DNA from: Thermodesulfobacteriota bacterium
GTDB lineage: Bacteria; Desulfobacterota_D; UBA1144; Nemesobacterales; UBA2774
DNA: 64,000 nucleotides
Assembly (NCBI GenBank): GCA_965216785.1
Contig: OZ244197.1
Coordinates: forward strand, 544,001-608,000
Direction: 5' to 3'
The position numbers and the translations under genes were made by a program. Positions 10,062 through 20,760 of this stretch are shown one piece after another (positions within the stretch are counted from its first letter, which is position 1; every line of letters starts with the position of its first letter). The notes beneath the pieces are model-generated. The model did not search any database. It was given only the letters and a program-made list of their open reading frames with translations, and was not told the origin of the DNA.

Positions 10062-10433
10062 CTATGACAAATCAAGCGAATGTCTTTTTAAATCCTCAAT
10101 GGAGATGAGCTCAAGAACTGATTCATGGGTCGAGGTAAGAACGACAGGTGGAGCAACTCCGTTATCCATTGCTTCTTTCCACCTGAGCGCGCATACACAC
10201 CACCTGTCTCCGGGTTTCAGTCCCGGGAAATCGAAATCAGGGTTCGGTGTGCTGAGGTCATTCCCAGTTGCTTTTGAGAACTCTAAGAACTCTTCTGTCA
10301 CCTCGGCACAGACCACATGCATACCCAAATCTTGAGCGTCCGAACTGCAGCAACCGTCCCTGAAAAAACCCGTCATAGGATTCGTAGAGCAAGTATCGAG
10401 TTTTTCTCCGAAAACATTTTTATCATCTGGCAT
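10062..10433 (-). CDS. DUF2237 family protein
   Basis: NVFGE.L..CS..PMTGFFRDG.C, GNDLSTP, PGLKPGDRWCVCA.RW. Confidence 0.9.
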   Translation of the reverse strand: MPDDKNVFGEKLDTCSTNPMTGFFRDGCCSSDAQDLGMHVVCAEVTEEFLEFSKATGNDLSTPNPDFDFPGLKPGDRWCVCALRWKEAMDNGVAPPVVLTSTHESVLELISIEDLKRHSLDLS

Positions 10434-10532
10434 TAAATAGCCCCCCTTATCTGATCTTTAATAATCAGAGACTATAGATCTAATATATTATCCAGAGAGA
10501 AAAGAAACTATCCATAGCTCGTTTAATTAAAA

Positions 10533-12407
10533 CTATGACTCTCCCGGACGCTCCCAAGCATGATCGTTATCTTCCTCTATATCTTCCTGATCGGATTTCA
10601 GAAGATCTATCAGGTCCTGGTTTTTCTCCTTGGTCTTTTCTATAAACGCTTTTTCATCCTCGGACTCCAGCACGTCGTATAACTCTACAAGATGCTTTTC
10701 ATCATGGTGCTTGAAATTGAGCGCCGCGCGGTGCGCTTGGTAACCATGAAACCCGAGCATCCTGAGCGCGCTTTCACCAAGCTCAATCGCTGACGCAAAA
10801 GTCTCCCTCTCTATAACCTTAACCCCCGCATCCATTAACTCATAGGTATGTCTTCTATCAAAAGAACGGGCTAAAATCTGTAAATTGGGGAAATGCTTCC
10901 TGACAGTGCGCGCTATCTCTATTGCCTTGTCTTTGTCATCCACGGCCAACACAAAGAGCTTTGCGTCCTGAGCGCCCGCGGATGTAAGTAGATCAAGCCT
11001 CGAAGCGTCGCCGTAAAACACTTTATATCCAAATCTTCTTACCATATCTATCTGGCTCGGCTTATAATCCAGCACCGTTGTACCGATATTATTCGCATGC
11101 AGCAGTCTACCGACGATCTGGCCGAATCTTCCAAAGCCCGCTATGATGACGGGGTTTTTCTCATCTATCTCGTCAGGATCCCTTTTCTCGCTAAGGCTCT
11201 TAAAGCGGGGCTGTATAAGAAGCTCGTTAATTATCATCATGATCGGCGTCATCATCATCGAAAGCGCGATCACTAATATGAGGGTGCCGGATATATACGC
11301 CGGAATCACATTATTTTGTGTAGCAAAAGAAAAGAGCACGAATCCGAACTCGCCCCCCTGCGCGAGTGAGAAGGAGAACAAAAAGTTTTGGCTCATATTC
11401 ATTTTGAAGACTACGCCGAGTATGAACAAGATAATGAGCTTTATAGAAACGAGCACCGCGACGAGACCTAAGATTAGATAGGGTTCTTGCATAAATAGAT
11501 TAAAATCAATGCTCGCCCCCACAGAGATGAAGAATAGACCGAGCAGGAGTCCTTTAAACGGCTCGATATCGGATTCGAGCTCGTGTCGGTATTCGCTATC
11601 GGCCAGAACCACGCCTGCTAAAAAGGTTCCCAAGGCTGGAGACAGCCCTACGAGCTGCATAGAAAGAGCGATACCTATAACGAGAAATAGAGCGAACGCC
11701 GTGAATATTTCTCTTAACCTGGTCTCGGCGATAAAGCGGAAAGCGTAACGGGCTAAGAACTTGCCGGCTATAATTATAGTTCCGATGAGCGCTGTCACTA
11801 TCAGCGCTTGCTGCCACCCCGGCAGTGCTTCAACGGGTGATTCGCTATGACCCGCTCCGGATTCCGCACCGATAAACGGTACGCTTGACACTGCAAGAAG
11901 CGGGATTAATGCCAGCATGGGTATTACTGCTATATCCTGAAACAGGAGCACTGAGAAACTCGAGCGGCCTCCTTCTGAATTCATTAAGCCTTTTTCGCTT
12001 AGGGTTTGAAGCACAATGGCGGTTGAGGACAGGGCCAAAATAAGGCCTACTGCAAGAGATATCCTCCAACCGAAATCAAGCGCGAAAGCAAGTGCCCCTA
12101 TAACAACAGCGCTCAGAAGCACCTGAAGGCCGCCAAGTCCCACTATGGGCCCTTTTAGCTTCCATAGTCTTGAAGGCTGCAGCTCTAGCCCGATCAGAAA
12201 CAGCATCAGCACTACGCCGAACTCGGCAAAGTGCATTACCTCCCCCGTCTCAGTACCAACAAACTTGAGCGCAAAAGGTCCTATAATCACGCCCGCTAGC
12301 AAGTAACCAAGCACCGATCCAAGCCCTAAACGCTTGGCGATAGGGACAGAAATTACCGCTGCAAGTAGGTATATGAATGCCTGAAATAAGAGATTATCAC
12401 TTCCCAT
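10533..12407 (-). CDS. kefB: Glutathione-regulated K+ efflux / CPA2 antiporter with KTN (TrkA_N) domain, KefB/KefC family
   Basis: LGLGSVLGYL, AEFGVVLMLFLIGLE, EYRHELESDIEPFKGLLLGLFF, GFGRFGQ, FYGDASR. Confidence 0.9.
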   Translation of the reverse strand: MGSDNLLFQAFIYLLAAVISVPIAKRLGLGSVLGYLLAGVIIGPFALKFVGTETGEVMHFAEFGVVLMLFLIGLELQPSRLWKLKGPIVGLGGLQVLLSAVVIGALAFALDFGWRISLAVGLILALSSTAIVLQTLSEKGLMNSEGGRSSFSVLLFQDIAVIPMLALIPLLAVSSVPFIGAESGAGHSESPVEALPGWQQALIVTALIGTIIIAGKFLARYAFRFIAETRLREIFTAFALFLVIGIALSMQLVGLSPALGTFLAGVVLADSEYRHELESDIEPFKGLLLGLFFISVGASIDFNLFMQEPYLILGLVAVLVSIKLIILFILGVVFKMNMSQNFLFSFSLAQGGEFGFVLFSFATQNNVIPAYISGTLILVIALSMMMTPIMMIINELLIQPRFKSLSEKRDPDEIDEKNPVIIAGFGRFGQIVGRLLHANNIGTTVLDYKPSQIDMVRRFGYKVFYGDASRLDLLTSAGAQDAKLFVLAVDDKDKAIEIARTVRKHFPNLQILARSFDRRHTYELMDAGVKVIERETFASAIELGESALRMLGFHGYQAHRAALNFKHHDEKHLVELYDVLESEDEKAFIEKTKEKNQDLIDLLKSDQEDIEEDNDHAWERPGES

Positions 12408-12442
12408 AATTTATATGCCCTAAAAATTATATGCTCCCAATT

Positions 12443-13072
12443 TTACATGCTCTTGGATTTATACTTTTCCAGAAAGTAACCATTAATATATTCAAACTCC
12501 TCAAGCGCCGCTAAGTTTATTTCCTCATCTCTTAGGGTTTTAATTATTTCTCCGTATAGCTCTTTAGACACTTCTATGTCTTGATACTTTTTTGAACCCG
12601 AAGCGTCGTGCACAACAAAAGGCGGCAGGTAATGCATTCCGCAGAGCACAGCCGATTGCTCAAAGGGTTTTAGAAAATCCCTAACGTTATAATAATGAAT
12701 TCCGTCCCTGCTGTACGAATTGAAACTACCACCCGCGGTTATGGCATTCATCATCATTTTTCCTTTTAAAGCCGTGCCCTGGTGTCCGTAAGCAAAACCG
12801 AACTCGAGCACCAGATCTTCCCATTCTTTTATGATGGCTGGAGAGCTGTACCAATAAAATGGATGTTGAAACACTATCACGTCATGCTCCAATAGGAGCT
12901 CCTGCTCCTTCTCAACATCTATAAGAAAATCCGGGTACAGATCATACAAATCCCGGAAGGTAACACCTTCCAGCTCATTTACGGCTTTGATGAGCTGGAT
13001 ATTAATCCTGGACTTTTGCAAAGCCGGATGGGCAAAAATAATCATCACTCTGTTTCGTATATTCTTAGACAT
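12443..13072 (-). CDS. kefG: Kef ancillary NAD(P)H oxidoreductase (KefF/KefG, flavodoxin-like)
   Basis: FAHP...SRIN, DLY.LYPDF.IDV..EQ, QHPFYWYSSP; directly upstream of the kef transporter. Confidence 0.88.
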   Translation of the reverse strand: MSKNIRNRVMIIFAHPALQKSRINIQLIKAVNELEGVTFRDLYDLYPDFLIDVEKEQELLLEHDVIVFQHPFYWYSSPAIIKEWEDLVLEFGFAYGHQGTALKGKMMMNAITAGGSFNSYSRDGIHYYNVRDFLKPFEQSAVLCGMHYLPPFVVHDASGSKKYQDIEVSKELYGEIIKTLRDEEINLAALEEFEYINGYFLEKYKSKSM

Positions 13073-13294
13073 GTGTTTTTAAGATCAAGGCTTGCCGCTC
13101 CTTTTAATTTCACGCGCGTGGCAAATAACTGATACCGTTTTAGCTTTAATGTTAGATATTACACAAAATTCCCGATTATAGAACTACCCGATTCCCTATT
13201 AGGAATTCTCAATACCGTAATATCCTATGAGTTCAGAAATCTGAAGAAAGAGCTACATATGATTAGAGGGAAATAGAATTCAAATGGTTCAAAA

Positions 13295-13885
13295 CTAAAA
13301 GGTTAAGCTTTGCAAGGATTGATCCAGATCATCTGCGAATACTTCACAAATATCGTCCCATTGATCTGAAATATTCGAATCGTTGAAGCTCGAAGTAAAA
13401 AAGGAAAGGTAGGACATCAGGATTTGAGCCATTCCCGAGCTTATTTCTTTAAACACAAGGTTTCTTTCGGCCTTCTCGCCTGTCCATCCTTTATATAGAT
13501 TCCGTGCCGTAGCGTCTGAGATGCGATTTTGTCGGACATGGAGAAGTCTTAGATGAGAGTATTTATCCGAAGCGATATTTGCCAGATTTGTCAGAAACTC
13601 AGTTTCAGGTTCGACTTTCATCACTTTCTCAGTAAATTCTGCACACTGGTTCAACATGATAAGCATGACAGATATAGCAGTGTAGGGATCTTTCCCTATC
13701 TTTTTATTCAGAGAGAGAAGATGCTGATCAAATTCTGAGAATAAACGTACTAAATTATTCTCCAGTACTTCGTCGCTAGCAATTGAGCTGACTTTACCCA
13801 GTTCAGAGTTGGTCTGGTGTGTTGTCTCTTCGCTATCATTGCTTAGAACTATAATATTTCTTTTCATCGATTTATCACTATGCAC
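13295..13885 (-). CDS. Hypothetical protein (helical), probably co-transcribed with the upstream receiver protein
   Basis: 196-aa ORF starting 8 bp after the previous stop. Confidence 0.6.
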   Translation of the reverse strand: MHSDKSMKRNIIVLSNDSEETTHQTNSELGKVSSIASDEVLENNLVRLFSEFDQHLLSLNKKIGKDPYTAISVMLIMLNQCAEFTEKVMKVEPETEFLTNLANIASDKYSHLRLLHVRQNRISDATARNLYKGWTGEKAERNLVFKEISSGMAQILMSYLSFFTSSFNDSNISDQWDDICEVFADDLDQSLQSLTF

Positions 13886-13893
13886 ATCTAACC

Positions 13894-15348
13894 TTATCCT
13901 GAGATTAACCCTGCTGCATTTGAGCTTGTGTATCTTTGAGCGGCCTCTACAAGCTCACTTGCCGCAAACGGTTTAGAGATATTTCCGTTTGCTCCCGCCA
14001 TTTTTGAGCGTACTTTATCAACGAGTCCATCTTTAGAAGACAGCATGATAATGGGTACTTGTTTCATGAGCCCGTGGCTTTTAATAATCTTGCAAACCTG
14101 GTAACCATCCATGTGCGGCAGGTTTATTTCTATAAAAATTAAGCCCGGCTTAACATCAGTTAAGCACGAGAGTGCCTCCATACCATCAGACACAGCGCTC
14201 ACAGAATACCCTTGACGGTTTAAGGCAATACTTATTAACTTTTGAATCGTAGGGCTGTTATCTATAACTAAGACATTTTTATTGATCCCACTTGAACTAA
14301 TATCATTTGGAGTGATTTCACTTGACGGATCATTCATATCTACAGAGTCTGAGGCAGAGGCCTGGAGTTGCTTTTCAATTTCCGGCTCGGCAGATGCCGC
14401 AAAAGGCTCATTAATTGAGTTTAAGCCCTGAGATGAAGATGTAAGCTGGACAGGTTCCTCATTAGACTGATCCGTTCCCTCCAAAGTGTCCCCGCCAATT
14501 TGGTTCTCGTCCTCAGTCATTTCTGCGGAGTCTTTATTATCGGGAGAATTAATAAATAGATTTTGACTAAAAACGTCTACGCCATCACCAGGGGCTGAGT
14601 CTTCTACCCGAGTCTCCGATTCTTCAAAAAAGCCGGAATTGTCAGCGTCGTTGTGCAATTCGTCAGTTTCAGATTCATCTATAAGATCTTCATTCGTATC
14701 TCTAACGGGGGGAGCGTCTATTTCAGATTCAATCTTCTCTGCATGAAAAATTTCTTCATTGAATGTTGATTGAGTATTTTCTTCTTCCAATGATCCGTTA
14801 ATATCAACTTCTAAAGTATCATCGTTTTTATACCCTTCTATCTCTTTTACTAACTCTTCTATATCTATATCTTCATTTTCAGCGGGTTTTGCCGATAATT
14901 TAGAATAATCCGTGAAATTTTTATTGTATCCGTAATACTGCGTTAACATATCAATTATGGAGCGCTCTGAAACGACTACGGGGATAATATTTTTCCCCGT
15001 TAAAAAGTTTAGTTTATCTAACAGTATTAAATTTGAGGGGTCTGACATAGCGACTGTTAATGCAGAACCTGTGATGCTCAGTGGTATAAGACGGTTCTCT
15101 ATTGCTATCTCACTTGGAATAAGCTCTAAAACTTCTTGATCTACAGAGTGGTCCTCTATGCTAATTACAGGCACACCGTAAGATTTACCGAGAAAATCCA
15201 TTAGCTCAGGTTCAGTTATGTAGCCCAATTCAATTAAAGCCTCACTAAGCTCCATATCGGAATTGTACTTTTTCTCAATCGCCTCTTTTATCTGCTCCAG
15301 GCTTAAAATATCTTCTTTAACCAGAAGCTTAGCTATCTGCATTTTCAT
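13894..15348 (-). CDS. MshEN/GspE_N-like domain + acidic linker + PilG-like receiver domain protein
   Basis: N-terminal IAKLLVKEDIL...LSEALIELGYI...LTVAMSDP (PilB/GspE N-terminal domain); C-terminal VLVIDNS..LPHMDGYQVC..AGA..ISKPF; start probably ATG 15348 or 15342. Confidence 0.78.
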   Translation of the reverse strand: MKMQIAKLLVKEDILSLEQIKEAIEKKYNSDMELSEALIELGYITEPELMDFLGKSYGVPVISIEDHSVDQEVLELIPSEIAIENRLIPLSITGSALTVAMSDPSNLILLDKLNFLTGKNIIPVVVSERSIIDMLTQYYGYNKNFTDYSKLSAKPAENEDIDIEELVKEIEGYKNDDTLEVDINGSLEEENTQSTFNEEIFHAEKIESEIDAPPVRDTNEDLIDESETDELHNDADNSGFFEESETRVEDSAPGDGVDVFSQNLFINSPDNKDSAEMTEDENQIGGDTLEGTDQSNEEPVQLTSSSQGLNSINEPFAASAEPEIEKQLQASASDSVDMNDPSSEITPNDISSSGINKNVLVIDNSPTIQKLISIALNRQGYSVSAVSDGMEALSCLTDVKPGLIFIEINLPHMDGYQVCKIIKSHGLMKQVPIIMLSSKDGLVDKVRSKMAGANGNISKPFAASELVEAAQRYTSSNAAGLISG

Positions 15349-15363
15349 ATAGGTTAAGAATTT

Positions 15364-15379
15364 TGCAAGTAGCGTGCCA
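15364..15379 (-). promoter_or_regulatory. Sigma54 (-24/-12) promoter
   Basis: Minus strand TGGCACGCTACTTGCA, an exact match to TGGCACG-N4-TTGCW. Confidence 0.75.
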
Positions 15380-15677
15380 TACACAAATTAGTCTGTAAAA
15401 TATCCATAAGCCCCCTATATCACTATATAATCTTGTACAGACTAGTGAGTACCTAATGCGCAATTGTGACGAAAAACGTCAATATGCGACTTTAAATTCA
15501 CATTTTGTAAGGGAAACACTATTTTCACTATTATGGTTTGACTAAAATATCGATCTTATTTAAAGGTTTTTCTGCCACGATAAAAGAAGTTTAAACTAGC
15601 GTAAAGTTAACCATTAAGACGGAAGAATTAATAATTCGGATAAAATCACGTATCAAGTGTCTAATTTTTAAAACTTC

Positions 15678-15696
15678 GTGCTTAAAAGTGAGGCAC
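15678..15696. promoter_or_regulatory. Putative NtrC-type enhancer-binding site
   Basis: Imperfect palindrome GTGCTTAAAAGTGAGGCAC (TGC-N11-GCA) about 60-80 bp upstream of the glnB sigma54 box. Confidence 0.5.
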
Positions 15697-15756
15697 ATTT
15701 TTTTATTAACATTTCATAAGATGCCTATTTCATTGATTGAAATGCGTTTTGATAAG

Positions 15757-15772
15757 TGGTATGGTGTTTGCA
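15757..15772 (+). promoter_or_regulatory. Sigma54 promoter of glnB-glnA
   Basis: TGGTATGGTGTTTGCA (GG-N10-GC), 28 bp upstream of the glnB start. Confidence 0.7.
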
Positions 15773-15776
15773 TTAA

Positions 15777-16139
<363 letters not shown>

Positions 16140-16254
16140 GGGTATAAGGTTGTCGCTAAATCCGTAATATCCACACACTAGAATAATATATACAAAGGAG
16201 CAAAGCATTATGCCCACAACAAGAAAGAAAACCAGCAAAGGAGGAAGTACGAGT

Positions 16255-17676
16255 ATGTTTCCAAAGAAACCAGCCGATGTATTGAAAATGATTAAGGACA
16301 ATAATATTGAATTTGTCGATTTTAGATTCCTTGATTTCATTGGAACCTGGCAGCATTTTAGCATTCCCGCAAGAGAATTTGAGGCCTCAACATTCGATGA
16401 AGGCCTGGGTTTTGACGGTTCAAGCATTAGGGGATGGCAGTCAATTAACGCAAGCGATATGCTTATGATTCCTGAAGCAGCAACAGCCAGGATCGACCCG
16501 TTTTTAACTATTCCTACAATCGCGATCATTTGTGCTATAGTCGATCCTATTACACGCGAGCCTTACTCCAGAGACCCGCGTAATATTGCTAACAAAGCAA
16601 ACGCGTACCTTAAGAGCAGCGGAGTCGGAGATACAGCGTATTTCGGCCCTGAGCTCGAGTTTTTTATATTAGATGACGTAAGGTACGATCAGACAGCAAA
16701 CTCGGGCTATTATTTTATAGACTCCGTGGAAGGTATCTGGAATTCAGGAGCGGACGAAGGCCCGAACCTCGGTTATAAGCCAAGACATAAAGAAGGGTAC
16801 TTCCCTACCCCGCCTACAGATTCTTACCAGGACATGCGCTCGGAAATGGTTAGTGTTCTTGAGAGACTCGGGATATTGATAGAGGCTCACCACCACGAGG
16901 TAGCAACAGCCGGGCAGGCTGAAATCGATATGAGGTTTGCACCGCTGGTACAGATGGGCGATCAGATGATGTGGTATAAATATGTTATAAAGAACGTGGC
17001 AAAAAGCTATGGTAAAACGGTCACATTTATGCCTAAACCTCTCTTTGAAGACAACGGCTCGGGAATGCACGTTCACCAGTCGATATGGAAGAAAAATAAA
17101 CCCCTGTTCGCGGGAAATGGATATGCCGGAATGAGCGATATGGCTATGCACTATATAGGCGGCATATTAAAGCACGCACCTACAATTTGCGCGTTCAGTA
17201 ATCCGATTACAAACTCTTACAGACGTCTTGTTCCGGGCTTTGAAGCGCCGGTTAACCTCGCCTATTCGGCAAGAAACAGAAGCGCCGCGGTTAGGATACC
17301 GATGTACTCGCCAAGTCCTAAAGCAAAAAGGCTAGAGTGCCGCTTCCCGGACCCTTCAAGCAACGGATACCTGACTTTCTCTGCCATGCTGATGGCAGGG
17401 CTCGACGGTATAGAGAAGAAGCTCGATCCGGGCGATCCGCTGGATAAGGATATCTATGCATTGGGACCGGAGGAGCTTGCGGACATTCCATCAGTCCCGG
17501 GCACACTCGAAGACGCGCTTAAAGCACTCGAGGCAGATCACGAATTCCTTCTCAAGGGTGATGTATTCACAGAAGACGTGATTGAGACATGGATAGACTA
17601 CAAAATGGAAAACGAAGTAAACCCAATTAAACTAAGGCCGGTGCCTTATGAGTTTATGCTTTACTTTGACGTATAA
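16255..17676 (+). CDS. glnA: Glutamine synthetase type I
   Basis: [20 protein letters not shown]...NGSGMH, RNRSA..RIP, adenylylation-site context DKDIY; start at ATG 16255 after GGAGG (ORF track 16210). Confidence 0.97.
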   Translation: MFPKKPADVLKMIKDNNIEFVDFRFLDFIGTWQHFSIPAREFEASTFDEGLGFDGSSIRGWQSINASDMLMIPEAATARIDPFLTIPTIAIICAIVDPITREPYSRDPRNIANKANAYLKSSGVGDTAYFGPELEFFILDDVRYDQTANSGYYFIDSVEGIWNSGADEGPNLGYKPRHKEGYFPTPPTDSYQDMRSEMVSVLERLGILIEAHHHEVATAGQAEIDMRFAPLVQMGDQMMWYKYVIKNVAKSYGKTVTFMPKPLFEDNGSGMHVHQSIWKKNKPLFAGNGYAGMSDMAMHYIGGILKHAPTICAFSNPITNSYRRLVPGFEAPVNLAYSARNRSAAVRIPMYSPSPKAKRLECRFPDPSSNGYLTFSAMLMAGLDGIEKKLDPGDPLDKDIYALGPEELADIPSVPGTLEDALKALEADHEFLLKGDVFTEDVIETWIDYKMENEVNPIKLRPVPYEFMLYFDV

Positions 17677-17696
17677 AAGTTAAAGGAGAAAAGATG

Positions 17697-17733
17697 AAAA
17701 GGCGGCAATTCGAACAAAATTGCCGCCTTTTTT
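17697..17733 (+). terminator. Intrinsic (probably bidirectional) terminator between glnA and nuoL
   Basis: AAAA-GGCGGCAATT-loop-AATTGCCGCC-TTTTTT. Confidence 0.85.
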
Positions 17734-17844
17734 ATTGCCCTTTTGCTAATATCTAAGAACTATAAAACTATAATGGTCTACTATGAATGACAGAACCTAT
17801 TAGGATAGTGTGGGCTGCTGGTGAGTATTGCTAGATAGAGCCTG

Positions 17845-19818
17845 CTAAAACTGCCATAGTAAAATAAATATTAAGATTATAGCGGCTCCAATGGCCATGA
17901 GAGAAGCGTAGCTTCTTAATGCCCCCGATTGAGCTGCCTGAAGAGTAAGAGCCGTTTCCCTGACTATGGAAGCAACCCCGTTTACGGCGCCGTCAATAAA
18001 CTTCTGGTCGAACCTCGAGGCCTGCTCTGCTATATAGGTAAAGGGCTTTACGATTATATAGTCGTATAGCTCATCCACATACCATTTATTGAGAGAGCCC
18101 TCATAAAGAGGCTTGACCACTTCATTCTCGGCGATTTTATCAGCCGAAGAAGGCTTAATGAGATATAGGTACAGGGCGATTAGTATTCCAAGCAAAGCAG
18201 CAACGATAGAGAAGATAACCAGGGTCCAGTGGCTGAAAAGGTGATGACCTATGTGTCTGGTGCCGTCCAGCAAGATCGAGGTGGATATGAATTTCTCAAA
18301 TAAATTCGAATCGTGTACCCCTACTACCTCGCCCATAAACTCAGGCACGCCGATGTAGCCCCCGAAAATGGAAAGCACAGCCAGAACTATGAGTGGTATC
18401 GTCATGGTCGCCGGGGATTCGTGTATATGCTTTTTAACAGCTTCTGTGATCCTGGACTCGCCCTCAAAGGTGAGAACGTAGAGCCTGATCATATAAAGCG
18501 CCGTTAGTACAACCGTGATCAAGGCCACGATCCAGTGGATCATATACCCCCCGTCATACAGGGAAGCGAGTATCTCGTCCTTACTGAAGAAACCCGACAG
18601 GAAAGGAACGCCCGCAATAGCCAGAGTACCGATGAGAAATGTAATGGCCGTTATGGGAATAAACTTTCTAAGCCCGCCCATATGCCTTATATCCTGCTCA
18701 CCGCTCATCGCGTGAATGACGCTTCCTGAGCCTAAGAACAATAGCGCTTTAAAGAACGCGTGAGTTACCAGGTGGAATAGGCCCGCCGTGTATGCGCCGA
18801 CGCCGATTGCCATAAACATATATCCGAGCTGGCTGACAGTAGAATATGCAAGGACTTTCTTAATATCGTTTTGGGTAATCGCAATACTGGCGGCAAGGAT
18901 AGCGGTAAAAGCCGCGATAGATACGACTATCATCTGTGCAGTTGGGGACTGGGAATAGAACACATTGCAGCGAGACATCATGTACGCGCCCGCAGTGACC
19001 ATGGTAGCCGCATGTATGAGCGCGCTAACAGGGGTCGGGCCGGCCATAGCGTCCGGGAGCCAAACGTAGAGCGGGAATTGAGCTGACTTACCAACGGCCC
19101 CTACAAAGAGTAGTAGCGCGACCGCGGTTATTGCAAGTCCTGACACTCCGGTCATAAACGAAGGGTCTAGGGCTTTTGCGAATACGTCCTGATAATTAAC
19201 GGACCCAAAAAGGAAGAAAATGAGGAATATGCCTAAGATAAAGCCGAAATCGCCGATCCTGTTTACTATGAATGCCTTTCTACCGGCATAGGCTTTCTCG
19301 GTATCGCTGAACCAAAAACCGATGAGCAGATAAGAGGCGAGCCCCACACCTTCCCAGCCAACGAACATGAGAAGGAAGTTGTTTCCTAATACGAGAGTCA
19401 GCATGAAGAAGATGAAGATGTTCAGATACGTAAAATATTTGGCGTAGGCCTTGTCGTCGTGCATGTAGCCGATCGAGTAGACATGAATGAGAAACCCTAT
19501 CCAGGTGATGATTAGCGCCATGACGCATGAGAGCGTATCGAAGAGGACCTCAAAGCTGACCGTAAATGCGCCCGAAGGTATCCAGACAAATAGAGTCTCT
19601 ATGATCTGCCTATCCGAAGGCTCCATAGACAATAACCTTGTGAATAATACCGTTGATAATATTGCGGATATTAGTACTGTTAGCGAGGCGATGACGCCTG
19701 AGACGCTGTGCTCTGTGTGCTCGTCTCCCCCGAGCACTTTCCTGTAGAAGCCCGATGCGAAGAAAAGGCCGTTAAAAATGGCTCCGATGAGCGGAATTAA
19801 AATTATCCAGGCAATCAT
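17845..19818 (-). CDS. nuoL: NADH-quinone oxidoreductase subunit L
   Basis: GWEGVGL.SYLLIGFW, GKSAQFPL.VWLPDAMAGPTPVSALIHAATMV, KKVLAYSTVSQLG. Confidence 0.95.
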   Translation of the reverse strand: MIAWIILIPLIGAIFNGLFFASGFYRKVLGGDEHTEHSVSGVIASLTVLISAILSTVLFTRLLSMEPSDRQIIETLFVWIPSGAFTVSFEVLFDTLSCVMALIITWIGFLIHVYSIGYMHDDKAYAKYFTYLNIFIFFMLTLVLGNNFLLMFVGWEGVGLASYLLIGFWFSDTEKAYAGRKAFIVNRIGDFGFILGIFLIFFLFGSVNYQDVFAKALDPSFMTGVSGLAITAVALLLFVGAVGKSAQFPLYVWLPDAMAGPTPVSALIHAATMVTAGAYMMSRCNVFYSQSPTAQMIVVSIAAFTAILAASIAITQNDIKKVLAYSTVSQLGYMFMAIGVGAYTAGLFHLVTHAFFKALLFLGSGSVIHAMSGEQDIRHMGGLRKFIPITAITFLIGTLAIAGVPFLSGFFSKDEILASLYDGGYMIHWIVALITVVLTALYMIRLYVLTFEGESRITEAVKKHIHESPATMTIPLIVLAVLSIFGGYIGVPEFMGEVVGVHDSNLFEKFISTSILLDGTRHIGHHLFSHWTLVIFSIVAALLGILIALYLYLIKPSSADKIAENEVVKPLYEGSLNKWYVDELYDYIIVKPFTYIAEQASRFDQKFIDGAVNGVASIVRETALTLQAAQSGALRSYASLMAIGAAIILIFILLWQF

Positions 19819-19820
19819 AT

Positions 19821-20126
19821 CTATCCTTTAAGAAGCTTTAATAAGTCTATATTGAGTGACTCTCTGTGCTTGTATATCGCAACCACAAGGGCGAGCCCTA
19901 CGGCGACCTCGGCAGCCGCTACAGTGAGCGACATTATCATAAATACATGTCCTGTCATATCGTCAAGCGCCCGGGAGAACCCTACAAACGCGAGGTTTGC
20001 AGCGTTTAGCATGAGCTCAAGACACATGAGTACGATAAGAATGTTTTTCCTCGTAATGACGCCGAACGCGCCTATGAGAAAGAGAATCGCGCTAAGCACG
20101 AGATAATGCTCTATGGATATAGCCAA
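19821..20126 (-). CDS. nuoK: NADH-quinone oxidoreductase subunit K
   Basis: LMCLELMLNAANL, AAAEVAVGLAL; TTG start. Confidence 0.93.
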   Translation of the reverse strand: MAISIEHYLVLSAILFLIGAFGVITRKNILIVLMCLELMLNAANLAFVGFSRALDDMTGHVFMIMSLTVAAAEVAVGLALVVAIYKHRESLNIDLLKLLKG

Positions 20127-20127
20127 C

Positions 20128-20628
20128 TCAGCCGTCCCTCCTCTTTGCTATCGCTACAACACCAATGATGGCGGCCACTATGAGAACAGAGGTTAGCTCG
20201 AATGGCAGAAGGTATTCTGTGAACAGCATAGTGCCTACGCCCTTAGCTGAGCCGAAGTCCACGGACTCGGTGTAGCTCCTCTTAATCCCCCTGCTGAACC
20301 CAAGGCTTGCGAAATAGCCTACAAACAGCAGCAAAACCATGAAAATGCTTATCTTGAATTTCATGTACTTAGAGTCGAATTTGAACGCTTCGGGCCGGAT
20401 GTTGAGGAACATGACCGTGAATAGAAATAGGATCATGATCGCGCCCGCGTAAACTAGCACCTGAACGACAGCCACAAAATCGGCGTGCAGGAGGACAAAA
20501 AGTACAGCCGTTGAAAAAAGAGTGAGTACAAGGGAAATGGCGCTGTAAACAGGGTTACTGTGAGTTACAACAACAATTGCGCCTGCTACAGCGAGGGCCG
20601 CGAATAGGTAAAAAACGACTGTTTCCAA
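20128..20628 (-). CDS. nuoJ: NADH-quinone oxidoreductase subunit J
   Basis: NPVYSA.SL, QVLVYAGAIMILFLF, YLLPFELTS; TTG start after GGAGG. Confidence 0.93.
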   Translation of the reverse strand: METVVFYLFAALAVAGAIVVVTHSNPVYSAISLVLTLFSTAVLFVLLHADFVAVVQVLVYAGAIMILFLFTVMFLNIRPEAFKFDSKYMKFKISIFMVLLLFVGYFASLGFSRGIKRSYTESVDFGSAKGVGTMLFTEYLLPFELTSVLIVAAIIGVVAIAKRRDG

Positions 20629-20760
20629 GTCTTAAAAATCCTCCAAAGTATTTAGGGGAAATTATTTCAGTTTACGGGGTAAGAATTATATTTGGAATGG
20701 GGGGATAGTCAACAGGATATCCGACTTCGCTCAAGCAATGTCGAGACAGGCAAAAAAACA

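Noticed and set aside
13073-13294. Possible riboswitch upstream of the kefG-kefB genes
   Set aside because: Only short hairpins; I recognise no aptamer consensus. An Rfam scan would settle it.
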